This document shows positions 11,104 through 21,455 of a stretch of 64,000 bases of DNA, one piece after another. The DNA comes from Verrucomicrobiota bacterium. GTDB taxonomy: Bacteria; Verrucomicrobiota; Verrucomicrobiia; Verrucomicrobiales; DEV007. The stretch's first letter is position 1; each line of letters opens with the position of its first letter. Location: contig JASFYY010000004.1 of the NCBI GenBank assembly GCA_045046875.1, positions 1 to 64,000 of the forward strand, written 5' to 3'. The notes below the pieces were generated by a model. That model worked only from the letters and a program-made list of their open reading frames with translations, was not told the DNA's origin and ran no database searches. The translations under genes and the position numbers were made by a program.

Positions 11104-12798
11104 ATGGCAAATTTACATGAATTGGTGGCTCTGGCCGAAAGTAATCCGGACAACTGGGATGTAAGGTTGCAGTTGGCTCAGGCTTACAAAGAACTGGGAA
11201 TGGTCGACGAAGCGTTGACAGCGTTGAAGGGGAACCCTTTGATTCCGATGACGATGAGTCAGTCCCGGCAGGTGAAGGACTTGCGCAAGGAGATGGATCC
11301 GGAGGGCAAGGTGGATATGAGCGAGCCGGTGCATCCGGTGACCGGGGTGGTGATGAGAGTTGAGGATGCTGAAGCGGCTGCGGGAGGGGAAGAGGTGTTG
11401 CAAGCAGTGGCTATTGCCGAAGATGAGGGTAGCGCGCCAGTAGAAGCGGTGGCTTGGAGCGAGGATTTGGAGCAGCAGGGGGAGAGGGCGATTGTTTTGG
11501 CGGAAGATGTGGATCCGGATGCAATCCGGGTACACCAGAAAGACAGTGATGCGGCACAAAAGGCATCAGCTTTGACTGTGGCTGTTTTGGTTCATGTGGG
11601 CATTGCTCTTCTTTTGGGACTGGTGGCGATATCCTTGCCGCCGGTGAATCCCCCGCAGATCGTAGCGACGGCTTACACTCCGGAAGACGATGAGCAGATC
11701 GAAGATGTTAAGATCACCAAAAAATCGAAAGCCACAGCGGCGAGTGCGGCTTCCAAGCCGACCTTTGCCATTTCTTCGATGGCCTCTTCACCAATTGCCA
11801 TTCCTGAGTTTGACGAATCGCAGAGTGTGGATGTGACCTTGGGAATGACCGCTCAGAATGTGGGTATGGAGATGAGTTTTGATGACGGCAAGGGGGATAC
11901 GTCGGAGGTCATGTTTTTTGGGATCAAGGCTTCTGGCAATAGGGTCATTTTTATCATAGATGCCTCGCGGTTCATGCTCACGGATGAAAAAGGGGGCATA
12001 CCTGCTTATAATAAGGTGAAAGATGAGATCGCGCAGATGTTGGCAGGTTTGAATCGGCAGACTGCGTTTAATCTGATGATTTACGATGCCAAGAGACTGG
12101 CGACTTTTAGTGATGAGTTAGTGGCGGCGACGCCGTCCAATATTCGTCAGGCGATTGAGTGGTTTGACCCCATCAATAAAAAATTTGAAACGATAGGTTT
12201 GCAGAAAGGATACAGTTCGCAGCCTGTAAAATCTGGAATTGAGCCGATCCCTGTAAATGATTTAGCCTATTATGTCAAAGCGACACAACGTGCCTTGGAG
12301 ATGGATGTGAGCACTATATTTGTATTGAGCGATGGTGCGGGGTGGCACAGGAAAAGCATGGAGAAACGCGAGTACGAAAAATGGATGAAAAAGCGTAAAT
12401 GGGGAGAAAAAGAGGAGCTTGCGTGGAGGGCCAGTATTACAAAAGCCCAGTCTTGGCTGAAGAAGGAAAATGAGAACCGACTCAAAAAAGGGGTTCCCAG
12501 AAAAGTGGTGGTCAGTTTGAGTGGGATCATCAGCAAAGTTGATCCCGGGGTTCGTCACAAACCTACGCCGACTTACACCCTGGAGGATTTGGAAGACCAA
12601 ATGAAAAATGCGGTGTCGATGTATTACCGGTCAAAAAGCAAACCTCGCCCCAGATTTAATATCGTGTGGTTTGTGGGAGAAGATGAAACCCCTAGTGCCA
12701 GAGTTGAGGAGCATTTTAAGCACCAGACTAAAAGGAATCGTGGTAAAATGAAGGTATTGAAAGGCATGGAGGGGTTAAAAAACGTGAGTGGAGGCTGA
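11104..12798 (+). CDS. TPR-like / TM / vWA-like protein, paralog 2
   Basis: N-terminal NPDNWDVRLQLAQAYKELG (TPR-like), TM ALTVAVLVHVGIALLLG, Pro/Ser linker, VIFIIDASRFM vWA-like domain. Confidence 0.82.
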   Translation: MANLHELVALAESNPDNWDVRLQLAQAYKELGMVDEALTALKGNPLIPMTMSQSRQVKDLRKEMDPEGKVDMSEPVHPVTGVVMRVEDAEAAAGGEEVLQAVAIAEDEGSAPVEAVAWSEDLEQQGERAIVLAEDVDPDAIRVHQKDSDAAQKASALTVAVLVHVGIALLLGLVAISLPPVNPPQIVATAYTPEDDEQIEDVKITKKSKATAASAASKPTFAISSMASSPIAIPEFDESQSVDVTLGMTAQNVGMEMSFDDGKGDTSEVMFFGIKASGNRVIFIIDASRFMLTDEKGGIPAYNKVKDEIAQMLAGLNRQTAFNLMIYDAKRLATFSDELVAATPSNIRQAIEWFDPINKKFETIGLQKGYSSQPVKSGIEPIPVNDLAYYVKATQRALEMDVSTIFVLSDGAGWHRKSMEKREYEKWMKKRKWGEKEELAWRASITKAQSWLKKENENRLKKGVPRKVVVSLSGIISKVDPGVRHKPTPTYTLEDLEDQMKNAVSMYYRSKSKPRPRFNIVWFVGEDETPSARVEEHFKHQTKRNRGKMKVLKGMEGLKNVSGG

Positions 12799-12808
12799 AG
12801 GTGGCTCA

Positions 12809-12865
12809 CGAAAATACGGTATCAATTGCTAAATACTTGGAAAAGAGCCAAGGTGGTGATAGTTT
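12809..12865 (+). promoter_or_regulatory. Conserved upstream motif plus putative promoter of vWA paralog 3
   Basis: CGAAAATACGGTAT (12809); TTGGAA-N17-TAGTTT with extended -10 TG. Confidence 0.55.
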
Positions 12866-12939
12866 TATTTGTATTTTTTTCGTTCTTTCCTTAGCGCTAA
12901 TTAGCACGGGCAGACCAATTTAACCTATATTTTGTAAAG

Positions 12940-14661
12940 ATGGCCAATCTTCATGAACTTGTGACTCTAGCCGAGGCGAATCCCGATGATTGGGAGGTTC
13001 GTTTGCAATTAGCCCAGGCTTATAAAGAACTGGGGATGAATGATGAAGCGCTGAATGCTCTGCGCGGTAATCCGTTGGCACCGATGACTTTGGGGCAATC
13101 CCGTATGGTGAAGGAATTGCGTTCGGAATTGGATCCTGAAGGCAAGGCGAGTATGAGTCAACCCGTGCATCCGGTATCGGGCAAGGTGATGGAGCGCGCC
13201 AATCCAGTGACGGGACCGGTAGCACCCAATGCGGTGACTGGCGAAGTTTTGCAAGTGGCGGAGGTGATTGAGGAAAGCTCACCGGTCGCGGTCGCGAGCG
13301 ACGGGGTGGAGGAAGTGACTGGCGCGCAGCACCATCAAGGGGAACGGTCGATTGTATTAGCTGGAGAAGTGGACCCTAATGCGATCAAGGTTCACGATAA
13401 GGACAGCGATGCGACTCAGAAGGCTTCCGCTTTGACGGTAGCTGTCTTGGTCCATGTGGGCATTGCACTTTTGTTGGGATTAGTAGCGATATCATTGCCG
13501 CCGGTGAATCCTCCGCAAATTGTAGCTACAGCTTATACGCCAGAAACGGATGAACAGATCGAGGAGGTTAAGATCCAGAAAAAATCCCAGGCAACTGCGT
13601 CGAGCGCGGCATCAACGCCAACTTTCGCGATCAGTTCGATGGCATCCTCACCGATTGCCATTCCAGACTTTGATGAATCCCAGAGTGTGGACGTGACACT
13701 TGGCATGACTGCGCAAACGGTGGGCGCCGGGATGAGTTTCACGCAAGGGGAAGGCGAATCGTCAATGGTGAACTTTTTTGGTATCCGCTCCAGTGGCAGC
13801 CGGATTGTTTTTGTGATCGAGGCGGCTCGTTTCATGCTTACCGACCGTAAAGGGGGGATTCCTGCTTTCACCAAAGTGAAGGATGAGATTGCCCAAATGA
13901 TGGCAGGAATGAACCGACAAACGGCTTTTAATATTGTTATTTTTGAAGGCAAAAAAATAGCAACCTTTCGTGACGAACTGGTAGCTGCAACCCCTTCCAA
14001 TGTGCGGCAGGCGATTGAGTGGTTTGATCCGATCAACAAAGAGTTTGAGAAGATTGGTATTCGTGACGGATTCACTTCGAAGCCGGTTAGCTCTGGTATT
14101 GAGCCAATCCCTGTGAACGATCTGATTCATTACATCAAAGCGATGCAGCGGGCTTTGGAGATGGACGTGAATGCGATGTTTGTACTGACCAGTGGTTGGA
14201 TTCATCACCACAAGCCGATGGAAAAGCGTGAGTATGACAAGTGGATGCGCAAAAAAGGTTGGGGCAAAAAGCAGGAGGAAGCCTGGGTAGATGCCTTGGC
14301 TAAAGCCAAGGTTTGGTTGACCAAGGAAAATGCGACCCGGAAAAAGAAAGGGGTGCCTCAGCGGGTGATCCGGGACTGGCATGAAGTGGTGGCGGAGATA
14401 ATGCCCAATGTTCAACGCAAGCCGGGGCCCAGTTATGAAATGGAGGAAGTGGAGGATCAGATCAAAAACTCGGTGTCCATGTACTACCGAGCCAAGGGTA
14501 AACCCCGGCCTAAGATTAACATGGTGTGGTTCATTGGTTCGGATGAGGAACCCAGTACGACGGTAGACACGCATTTCAAAAACATCACCAAGAGGAATCG
14601 TGGTAAAAAGAAAATTTTAGTGGGCATGGAGGGGTTGAAAAACGTGACCGGCGGGCCCTAG
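12940..14661 (+). CDS. TPR-like / TM / vWA-like protein, paralog 3
   Basis: Closest to paralog 2 (MANLHELV start, identical TM segment); IVFVIEAARFM. Confidence 0.82.
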   Translation: MANLHELVTLAEANPDDWEVRLQLAQAYKELGMNDEALNALRGNPLAPMTLGQSRMVKELRSELDPEGKASMSQPVHPVSGKVMERANPVTGPVAPNAVTGEVLQVAEVIEESSPVAVASDGVEEVTGAQHHQGERSIVLAGEVDPNAIKVHDKDSDATQKASALTVAVLVHVGIALLLGLVAISLPPVNPPQIVATAYTPETDEQIEEVKIQKKSQATASSAASTPTFAISSMASSPIAIPDFDESQSVDVTLGMTAQTVGAGMSFTQGEGESSMVNFFGIRSSGSRIVFVIEAARFMLTDRKGGIPAFTKVKDEIAQMMAGMNRQTAFNIVIFEGKKIATFRDELVAATPSNVRQAIEWFDPINKEFEKIGIRDGFTSKPVSSGIEPIPVNDLIHYIKAMQRALEMDVNAMFVLTSGWIHHHKPMEKREYDKWMRKKGWGKKQEEAWVDALAKAKVWLTKENATRKKKGVPQRVIRDWHEVVAEIMPNVQRKPGPSYEMEEVEDQIKNSVSMYYRAKGKPRPKINMVWFIGSDEEPSTTVDTHFKNITKRNRGKKKILVGMEGLKNVTGGP

Positions 14662-14945
14662 AGGATTTTTATTGCTCTGATTGCAGGGCGCCTCAGGAAA
14701 CTTTATATTGGCCGAGACTTGTAGCAATGCAGGCTGACGGTGTCGTTGAAAATTCACCTGTCTCAAGATAGTAGGATTTCCCATTCCCTTGTGGGCGTAT
14801 GTTTTCCCGGAGCTTCATACCAATAGCAGCTTTACAGAAGGGCCTTGTAGAAGATTTCCCACGTTTTAAAACAATGTGTAAAAAATCTTTCAACGATTAT
14901 GGTATGGTTCTGTCGAAATGGTGGTGACGGAGCCCCGATGATTAA

Positions 14946-16808
14946 ATGAGTCAAAAAGACCTGAACAGCTTGGAATCGATACTCGCTTTGGTTCCATGTG
15001 ATTGGGATCTTAGGTTGGCTTTGATTCAGGCTTATGTGCTCTGTGATCAGAAGGATGAAGCCAAGCGATTGGTCAGGGAATCTCCCGATGCGGCAGGGCC
15101 GGCACCTGCTCATGTTCAATACCGGCTGCACCGTATGCTGACGGAGGGCCGTTCGGCGGCCGAGGAGTTCGCTCGTGAAGATGCTGCGAACGGAGTGGCA
15201 GGTGAGGCGGATGTGACCAGTGCGGCGTTTGTAGAGCAGGTGACAGCAGGCCAACCATCGTCGTCAGTTTTGGCCGAAGTCGTAGGCGGGCCGGAATCTT
15301 TGCCTTTGGCGGTGGAAGTGAATCATGAAAAACCTGAGAGTGGAGAGGTTATAAAAGAAGAGGATTTTTCTACACGCAGGCCTTCTGTTGTCAGCAAGAT
15401 TGAGGCATCCAATGAACAGGTGTTGGTGAAGGTGGGGGGATCAGAGCAGCGTCAACGGGCCTTGGACAACAGTCGTTTTGTGATTGAATCCGCGGAAGAC
15501 TTCCGTCCCTTGCAGCGTGAAGCTGTCGCGGGCCAGAAGATGTCGGCATTCTCCTTTGCCCTATTGGTTCACATGTGCTTGATATTTTTGTTAGGAGCGA
15601 TTGTGATTGCGATTCCACTGCAGGCTCCGCCTCAGATCGTAGCGGTCAATGTGTCAGCAGATCGAATTCTCGACGTGCCACCGAAGCGGGTGGATAAAAA
15701 GAAGAACCCCGATCGTTCTGCTGCGTCGGCCAAGGCTACGGTGGTGATCAGTTCTTCAGTTGCTTCCCCGGTCACGGTGCCTGACTTTCAAGAGACGGCA
15801 TCTACCGATGTGGCGGCCTATTTGACTGACATGAAAGCAGGCCTAGGAATGAGCCTGGAGGGTGAAGCGGAAGAGTCGGATGTTAATTTTTTTGGAATTC
15901 AATCAGGAGGACGAAAGATTGCGTTCATTGTGGATGCGAGTCCGGAAATGTTGGTGGATGAAAAGGGGGGCATGTTTGCTTACGACAAGGTGAAGGCTGA
16001 AGTGGAGCAAATGTTGGCTTCTTTGAACCGGGGGACTTCTTTTAATATTTTGTTATACCAGGGCAAACGAGTGAAGGTTTATCAATCTGAGTTAGTGCAG
16101 GCGCGACCGTCCAATGTTCGTTTGGCGATTGAGTGGCTTGCTCCGCTCAATCGTAATTATAAAAATCTGGGTTTAAGTCGTAGCGCTGACAGTGCTTCTG
16201 TGATTCCAGGTAATGAACCGATTGCCAGTGGCGATATCAGCGCTTATGCCAAGGCTGTTCAGATAGCTTTGGAAATGGATGTGAATACGGTTTTTGTCAT
16301 AGCTGGGGGTTATGTGCGAATGGCTCGGGCGATGCCACCAACGAAGACCCCGGCGGCGGCGGCAACTGCCCCCCAGGTGGACGCGAAGGAGCGGGCAGCG
16401 TGGAATAAAGCGGTGCAAAAAACCCGTGATTGGTTGAAACGGGAAAATGAGGCGCGACAAAAAAAGGGATTGGCTCCTAAGGTCGTGATTAACTTCGCCG
16501 CATTGGTCAGGCAGGTGACCGGGGCAAGTCCTCCGCGCGCACGGGGCGGTGGTGGTGGAGGGGGTGCCCGCAGTAAACCTCCTTACACTGCAGAAGAGGT
16601 CGAATTGCATGTCAAAAACCTGGTGAATAAATATTATCGCGAAGAGAACAAACCTTTGCCCCAGTTGAACCTGGTGCTGTTTTTGGGCAAGGGTGAGGAT
16701 ATTGGAGAATACAAGGATCACTTCCGCCGACTCACACGACGAAACAAGGGGAAGTTAAAAATCCTCGAAGGTCTGGAGGCGCTGAAGGATGTGACGGCTG
16801 AGCAGTGA
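14946..16808 (+). CDS. TPR-like / TM / vWA-like protein, paralog 4 (most divergent)
   Basis: PCDWDLRLALIQAY, TM SAFSFALLVHMCLIFLLG, IAFIVDASPEMLVDEKGG; shares the C-terminal RRNKGKLKILEGLEALK pattern. Confidence 0.82.
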   Translation: MSQKDLNSLESILALVPCDWDLRLALIQAYVLCDQKDEAKRLVRESPDAAGPAPAHVQYRLHRMLTEGRSAAEEFAREDAANGVAGEADVTSAAFVEQVTAGQPSSSVLAEVVGGPESLPLAVEVNHEKPESGEVIKEEDFSTRRPSVVSKIEASNEQVLVKVGGSEQRQRALDNSRFVIESAEDFRPLQREAVAGQKMSAFSFALLVHMCLIFLLGAIVIAIPLQAPPQIVAVNVSADRILDVPPKRVDKKKNPDRSAASAKATVVISSSVASPVTVPDFQETASTDVAAYLTDMKAGLGMSLEGEAEESDVNFFGIQSGGRKIAFIVDASPEMLVDEKGGMFAYDKVKAEVEQMLASLNRGTSFNILLYQGKRVKVYQSELVQARPSNVRLAIEWLAPLNRNYKNLGLSRSADSASVIPGNEPIASGDISAYAKAVQIALEMDVNTVFVIAGGYVRMARAMPPTKTPAAAATAPQVDAKERAAWNKAVQKTRDWLKRENEARQKKGLAPKVVINFAALVRQVTGASPPRARGGGGGGGARSKPPYTAEEVELHVKNLVNKYYREENKPLPQLNLVLFLGKGEDIGEYKDHFRRLTRRNKGKLKILEGLEALKDVTAEQ

Positions 16809-16847
16809 CAGTGGTGGGTGGATGTAGTCTTAGTCTTGCGTAGGCAT

Positions 16848-16879
16848 AAAAAAGGCGCAGTAAGAACTGCGCCTTTTTT
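16848..16879. terminator. Bidirectional intrinsic terminator
   Basis: AAAAAAGGCGCAGT-AAGA-ACTGCGCCTTTTTT perfect hairpin between convergent genes. Confidence 0.85.
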
Positions 16880-16911
16880 GATTTAACTTTGCTGAGAAAA
16901 TTAGATTGGAT

Positions 16912-18237
16912 TTATACGTTTTGAGTTTCTGCAACACCGGGGATAGCCAGCGGACGCACGGGAAGTTTGCCATCCAGGCTAAGGTTGTCCGGCACCAGTT
17001 TTTCAGGACTGTTGTTGATATCTTCCCAAGTGATTTTTTTGCCGGAGTAGGCGGCGTGACGCGCCATGATTCCCAGCATGGTGCTGCGAGCGACCCATTC
17101 CTCATCGCTGTGGCGTTTGCCGCTGCGGATCGAGGCGAAAAACTCATCGTGCTCAACTTGGTATTTGTTGGTTTTTTTGCGGCTGCGGAAACGGTAAGGG
17201 TTTTTGCCAACGATTTCGGCTTTTTTATCACCAAAGGTGGCGTTGCCGTCAGCTCCGATGATGTGGTCGAAGTTTTCCTTGTAAGTTCCTGCTCCATATT
17301 GGCTCCAGTCCACATGGGCGCGGGTGCCGTTTTTGTATTCGTAGGTCACGTGGTAGTGATCGAAAGTATTACTGACATTGTTGGGACGCTGGCGACCTCC
17401 CATGGCGGTGCAGGCAATCGGAATTTCGTCGTTCATGGCCCACGAGGCGCGGTCCACACTGTGGATGGCTTGTTCGACCAGGCCGTCTGCGCTGGCCCAG
17501 GTGTAGTTGTGCCAGTTTTTGAGCTGCCATTCGGTATCGCTCATGCCTTCAGGGCGGTCAGCTTCGGGTGGCATGGCGTAAGCGAGGCTGGCGTAGTAAG
17601 TGCTGTGCACCGCTTTGATTTCGCCGATGTCGCCGTTGTGAATGCGTTTGAACAGCTCACGGCCGTTTTGTGAATAACGGTAACAGAGGCCGCAGAGCAC
17701 TGAGAGGTTTTTGTCTGCAGCGATCTTGCTGGTGGCGAGGAAATCCTTGATGCCTGCCACGTCAGTAGCGATGGGTTTCTCTACAAAAGTGTGGATGCCT
17801 GCTTCGATCGCAGCTTTGAACTGCTGTGGACGAAAGGCCGGAGGAGTGGTGAGCAGAATGACGTCGACGCCTGAGTCGATCACTTTTTTGTAAGCGTCGA
17901 GTCCGGCAAAGGTGTTTTGCACGTTGAATTTTTTTGGATTCTGACGAGCGATCAGGCGCATTTGCTTCATGATCTTGTCCTCGTAGAGGTCGCCAATGGC
18001 GGTGAGCTCGACGTTGTCATCGGCGGTCATCGCTTGAACGGCGGCACCTGTTCCGCGTCCGCCACAACCAACTAGGCCGATCTTGAGTTTTTTGGTGTCC
18101 TCAGCGCCAAAAGTGACACTGGGAAAAGCAAATTTTGAAGCTACGGCTCCAGCAGCCAGAGCGGTGGTGGTTTTACTGAGGAACGCTCGACGGGAAGCGT
18201 TTTCACTTGGTTTTGATGAATCTTGTTTGTTGTTCAT
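16912..18237 (-). CDS. Tat-exported Gfo/Idh/MocA family oxidoreductase
   Basis: SRRAFL twin-arginine signal, IGLVGCGGRG, EKP motif, EQAIHSVD. Confidence 0.92.
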   Translation of the reverse strand: MNNKQDSSKPSENASRRAFLSKTTTALAAGAVASKFAFPSVTFGAEDTKKLKIGLVGCGGRGTGAAVQAMTADDNVELTAIGDLYEDKIMKQMRLIARQNPKKFNVQNTFAGLDAYKKVIDSGVDVILLTTPPAFRPQQFKAAIEAGIHTFVEKPIATDVAGIKDFLATSKIAADKNLSVLCGLCYRYSQNGRELFKRIHNGDIGEIKAVHSTYYASLAYAMPPEADRPEGMSDTEWQLKNWHNYTWASADGLVEQAIHSVDRASWAMNDEIPIACTAMGGRQRPNNVSNTFDHYHVTYEYKNGTRAHVDWSQYGAGTYKENFDHIIGADGNATFGDKKAEIVGKNPYRFRSRKKTNKYQVEHDEFFASIRSGKRHSDEEWVARSTMLGIMARHAAYSGKKITWEDINNSPEKLVPDNLSLDGKLPVRPLAIPGVAETQNV

Positions 18238-18437
18238 AAATTATCAATGTTTGCGGGAATGTGGGGCAGGAATAATTCTCTGTCCAGTGGCATTCCTTGA
18301 AGAAGCGCGCAGTTGCCTAGAGTAGCAAGGTAAGAGTTTGACTGAAAATTCACAATAACTCCCTGTATTTTGAGCTTAAAGCGTTCTGAGAAGCCATTTC
18401 TATCTTACTTTTCCTATCATAGGGCTTGGATCATTGC

Positions 18438-18466
18438 TTGAGAAAGTGTAGGGGCTTGGCTAGTAT
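18438..18466 (+). promoter_or_regulatory. Putative sigma70 promoter of tdh-kbl (probably leaderless transcript)
   Basis: TTGAGA-N17-TAGTAT ending 8 nt before the tdh ATG. Confidence 0.55.
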
Positions 18467-18474
18467 TTTATCTT

Positions 18475-19503
18475 ATGAAAGCATTGGTGAAAAAAGAAGC
18501 GACCCAGGGATTATGGCTCGAAGATGTGCCAGAACCAGAGATTGGGATCAATGATGTCTTGATCAAGGTGATCAAGACATCGATTTGTGGCACCGATGTG
18601 CATATCTATGAGTGGGATGAGTGGGCGCAAAAGACGATTCCGGTACCGATGGTGGTGGGACACGAATTTGTCGGGCGGGTGGCGGCGGTGGGTAACAACG
18701 TGCATGATTTTCACGAGGGAGAGATTGTCAGTGGAGAGGGACACATTGTTTGCGGGCACTGTCGCAATTGCCTGGCGGGGCGGCGGCATTTGTGTGCCGA
18801 TACCAAGGGGGTAGGGGTGGATCGTCCGGGTGCTTTTGCGGAGTATCTTTCGATCCCGATGACCAATGTGTGGCATGCGGATCCGGAAATTCCCCTGGAG
18901 CAGATTTCTTGTTTTGACCCTTTGGGCAACGCGGTTCACAGCACTTTGGAATTTGATGTGCTGGGCGAGGATGTATTGGTCACAGGAGCGGGGCCGATCG
19001 GAATCATGTGTGTGGCGATTGCCAAACATGCCGGTGCCCGTCACATTGTGATTTCGGACATGAATGAATACCGCCTCGATTTGGCCAAAAAAATGGGAGT
19101 GAGTCTGGCGGTGAACCTGGCCAAGGGGGAGACAGTGGCGCAGGCTCAAAAAACGCTGGGCATGAAGGAGGGCTTTGATGTTTGTCTCGAGATGTCCGGT
19201 GCGCCACCCGCTTTGGGTGATATTGTCACCAATGCTTGTCATGGCGCAAAAATCGCCTTGTTAGGCATCTTGCCAAATAGCGCTAAAATTGATTGGAACT
19301 CGGTTATATTCAATGGATTGACGATCAAAGGGATTTACGGACGAGAGATGTATGAGACTTGGTATAAAATGACCGCGATGATTCAGAGCGGGATGGATAT
19401 TTCGCCAGTGATCACTCATCGGATTGGTTATGAGGATTTTGAAGAGGGTTTTGCTGCAATGCGTAGCGGGCAGTCGGGCAAGGTGGTGATGGATTGGGAG
19501 TGA
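18475..19503 (+). CDS. tdh: L-threonine 3-dehydrogenase
   Basis: [23 protein letters not shown]...C Zn ligands, [14 protein letters not shown]; adjacent to kbl. Confidence 0.96.
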   Translation: MKALVKKEATQGLWLEDVPEPEIGINDVLIKVIKTSICGTDVHIYEWDEWAQKTIPVPMVVGHEFVGRVAAVGNNVHDFHEGEIVSGEGHIVCGHCRNCLAGRRHLCADTKGVGVDRPGAFAEYLSIPMTNVWHADPEIPLEQISCFDPLGNAVHSTLEFDVLGEDVLVTGAGPIGIMCVAIAKHAGARHIVISDMNEYRLDLAKKMGVSLAVNLAKGETVAQAQKTLGMKEGFDVCLEMSGAPPALGDIVTNACHGAKIALLGILPNSAKIDWNSVIFNGLTIKGIYGREMYETWYKMTAMIQSGMDISPVITHRIGYEDFEEGFAAMRSGQSGKVVMDWE

Positions 19504-19544
19504 GTATTCAGGAGGTAGGAGATAATATTTAGAAAACAGAATTT

Positions 19545-20747
19545 ATGTATCAGCAGGTTAAAGATTCTTTGGACGCGGCTTTGCAGGAAATCCGCGATAG
19601 TGGTTTGTGGAAAAGTGAGCGCACCATTGCCAGCCCGCAGGCGGCTCGGATTCGCTTGGCGCAGGATGGGCGCGAGGTGATCAATATGTGTGCCAACAAT
19701 TATCTGGGATTGTCGGATAATGAGGAAATTAGTAAGGCGGCGTCACAGGCGATGGAGAAGTGGGGTTATGGTCTGTCCTCGGTGCGCTTCATTTGTGGCA
19801 AACAGGAGATTCATGAACAGTTGGAGGTCGAGCTGTCTCAGTTTCTAGGGACGGAGGATTCTATTTTATTCGCTGCGTGCTTTGATGCCAACGGCGCGGT
19901 GTTCGAGCCTTTGCTGGGTGCGGATGACGCGATCGTCAGCGATTCGCTGAACCATGCCAGCATCATTGATGGTATTCGTTTGTGCAAAGCCAAGCGTTAC
20001 CGTTATGCTAATAACGATCTGAATGCTTTGGAGGATCAGTTAAAGCAGGCGAGAGCAGATGTGACCAAGGGACGGATCATGATCGCTACCGACGGGGTGT
20101 TCAGTATGGATGGCACGATTGCTCATTTGGATGGGATTTGTGATTTGGCTGAAAAATACCAGGCACTGGTGATGGTGGATGATTGCCATTCTACCGGATT
20201 CATGGGGAAAACGGGACGTGGCACTCATGAGCACCACGATTGCATGTCGCGGGTGGACATTTTGACTGGTACTTTTGGCAAGGCTTTGGGTGGAGCCAGC
20301 GGGGGATATGTCAGTGGGCGTAAGGAGATTATAGCGCTGCTGAGACAACGGGCACGGCCATATTTATTTTCAAATTCGCTGGCGCCGGCTATCTGTGGAG
20401 GTTCACTAAAGGCGTTGCAAATGTTATCGCAATCAACTGACCACCGGGATCGCTTGTGGAGCAATACGGTCTTTTACCGGCGTCGTCTGGAAGAAGAAGG
20501 TTTTACTATTCCCGGAAAAGAAGCGCCGCATCCGATCGTTCCAATTATGTTGGGAGATGCCAAGATCGCACAAGCGGCATCGGCGAAATTATTGGACAAG
20601 GGAGTGTATGCGATTGGTTTTTTCTATCCGGTGGTAGCCGAAGGCGCGGCACGGATTCGCACGCAGGTGTCTGCAGGGCATTCGGAGGCAGATTTGGAAG
20701 AAGCTGTGCAGGCTTTTGTGTCGGTTAGGAATGAGCTGGATTGGTGA
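19545..20747 (+). CDS. kbl: Glycine C-acetyltransferase (2-amino-3-ketobutyrate CoA ligase)
   Basis: [36 protein letters not shown] (PLP Lys), RPYLFSN, ARIRTQ. Confidence 0.96.
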   Translation: MYQQVKDSLDAALQEIRDSGLWKSERTIASPQAARIRLAQDGREVINMCANNYLGLSDNEEISKAASQAMEKWGYGLSSVRFICGKQEIHEQLEVELSQFLGTEDSILFAACFDANGAVFEPLLGADDAIVSDSLNHASIIDGIRLCKAKRYRYANNDLNALEDQLKQARADVTKGRIMIATDGVFSMDGTIAHLDGICDLAEKYQALVMVDDCHSTGFMGKTGRGTHEHHDCMSRVDILTGTFGKALGGASGGYVSGRKEIIALLRQRARPYLFSNSLAPAICGGSLKALQMLSQSTDHRDRLWSNTVFYRRRLEEEGFTIPGKEAPHPIVPIMLGDAKIAQAASAKLLDKGVYAIGFFYPVVAEGAARIRTQVSAGHSEADLEEAVQAFVSVRNELDW

Positions 20748-20916
20748 ATATACGAATAGAATTATTTAGGTGGATTCCTTTTAGATTACATTCATTTTAA
20801 ACGGGAATCCCTGTTGTCGAGAATGAATGGGTTTGACTTTGACTTTATTACTGTCTAAAATCTGCAATTTAATAGGTGAATTTCTTTAAGGTTTAGAAGC
20901 GAAAAAATCCAGTGCC

Positions 20917-21453
20917 ATGTTTAGGTCATTACAACTCTATAAAATTAGTGCGTCCGCAATAGCTATGTGCCTGCTGGTTGGCTGCAATTCAGATGAATAT
21001 GACAAGGTGCGGGAGGAGAATACTAAGCTCGTCTCCGAGCTACGCTTGCTTAAAGAACAGCTTTATGAGCTGGAGAGCAAGAAACAAAAAGCTATGCAAT
21101 TGGTTAGAGAAACTGAATTTGTGCAGAGAAAAGAAAAAGAAGCGAAGATTGCTATAACAGATATTGATGAATATCACAGCGCCCTGAAATCTGCCCTGGA
21201 TTATTCCACGGCATTGTCCGATTCTTGGAAAACTGCTACGCGGAAATCTTTAATAGGGGAGCGTTTGGGTTTGTTGCGGGTGGATGGAGTAACTTTTTCT
21301 AATACAGAAATAGTTAAACTGAATAGCGAGGTGGTAACTTTAAAACACGACAAGGGGGAGGAAGAGTTTGAGCTTGCAGATTTGCCTGAACCTGCCAGAA
21401 AACAGTTGATTCATGAACCCACAATATTACTGGAATCTAAAATAGTTAATTAA
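20917..21453 (+). CDS. Hypothetical lipoprotein (coiled coil plus small SHD1-like beta domain)
   Basis: Lipobox LLVGC, heptad coiled coil, C-terminal GVTFSNTEIVKL...VTLKHDKG...LADLPE. Confidence 0.7.
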   Translation: MFRSLQLYKISASAIAMCLLVGCNSDEYDKVREENTKLVSELRLLKEQLYELESKKQKAMQLVRETEFVQRKEKEAKIAITDIDEYHSALKSALDYSTALSDSWKTATRKSLIGERLGLLRVDGVTFSNTEIVKLNSEVVTLKHDKGEEEFELADLPEPARKQLIHEPTILLESKIVN

Positions 21454-21455
21454 TC

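Noticed and set aside
14662..14945. Possible copy of the vWA promoter motif or a small gene before paralog 4
   Set aside because: An extended -10-like TGGTATGGT exists at about 14900-14908, but no convincing motif copy, -35 box or coding signal was found.
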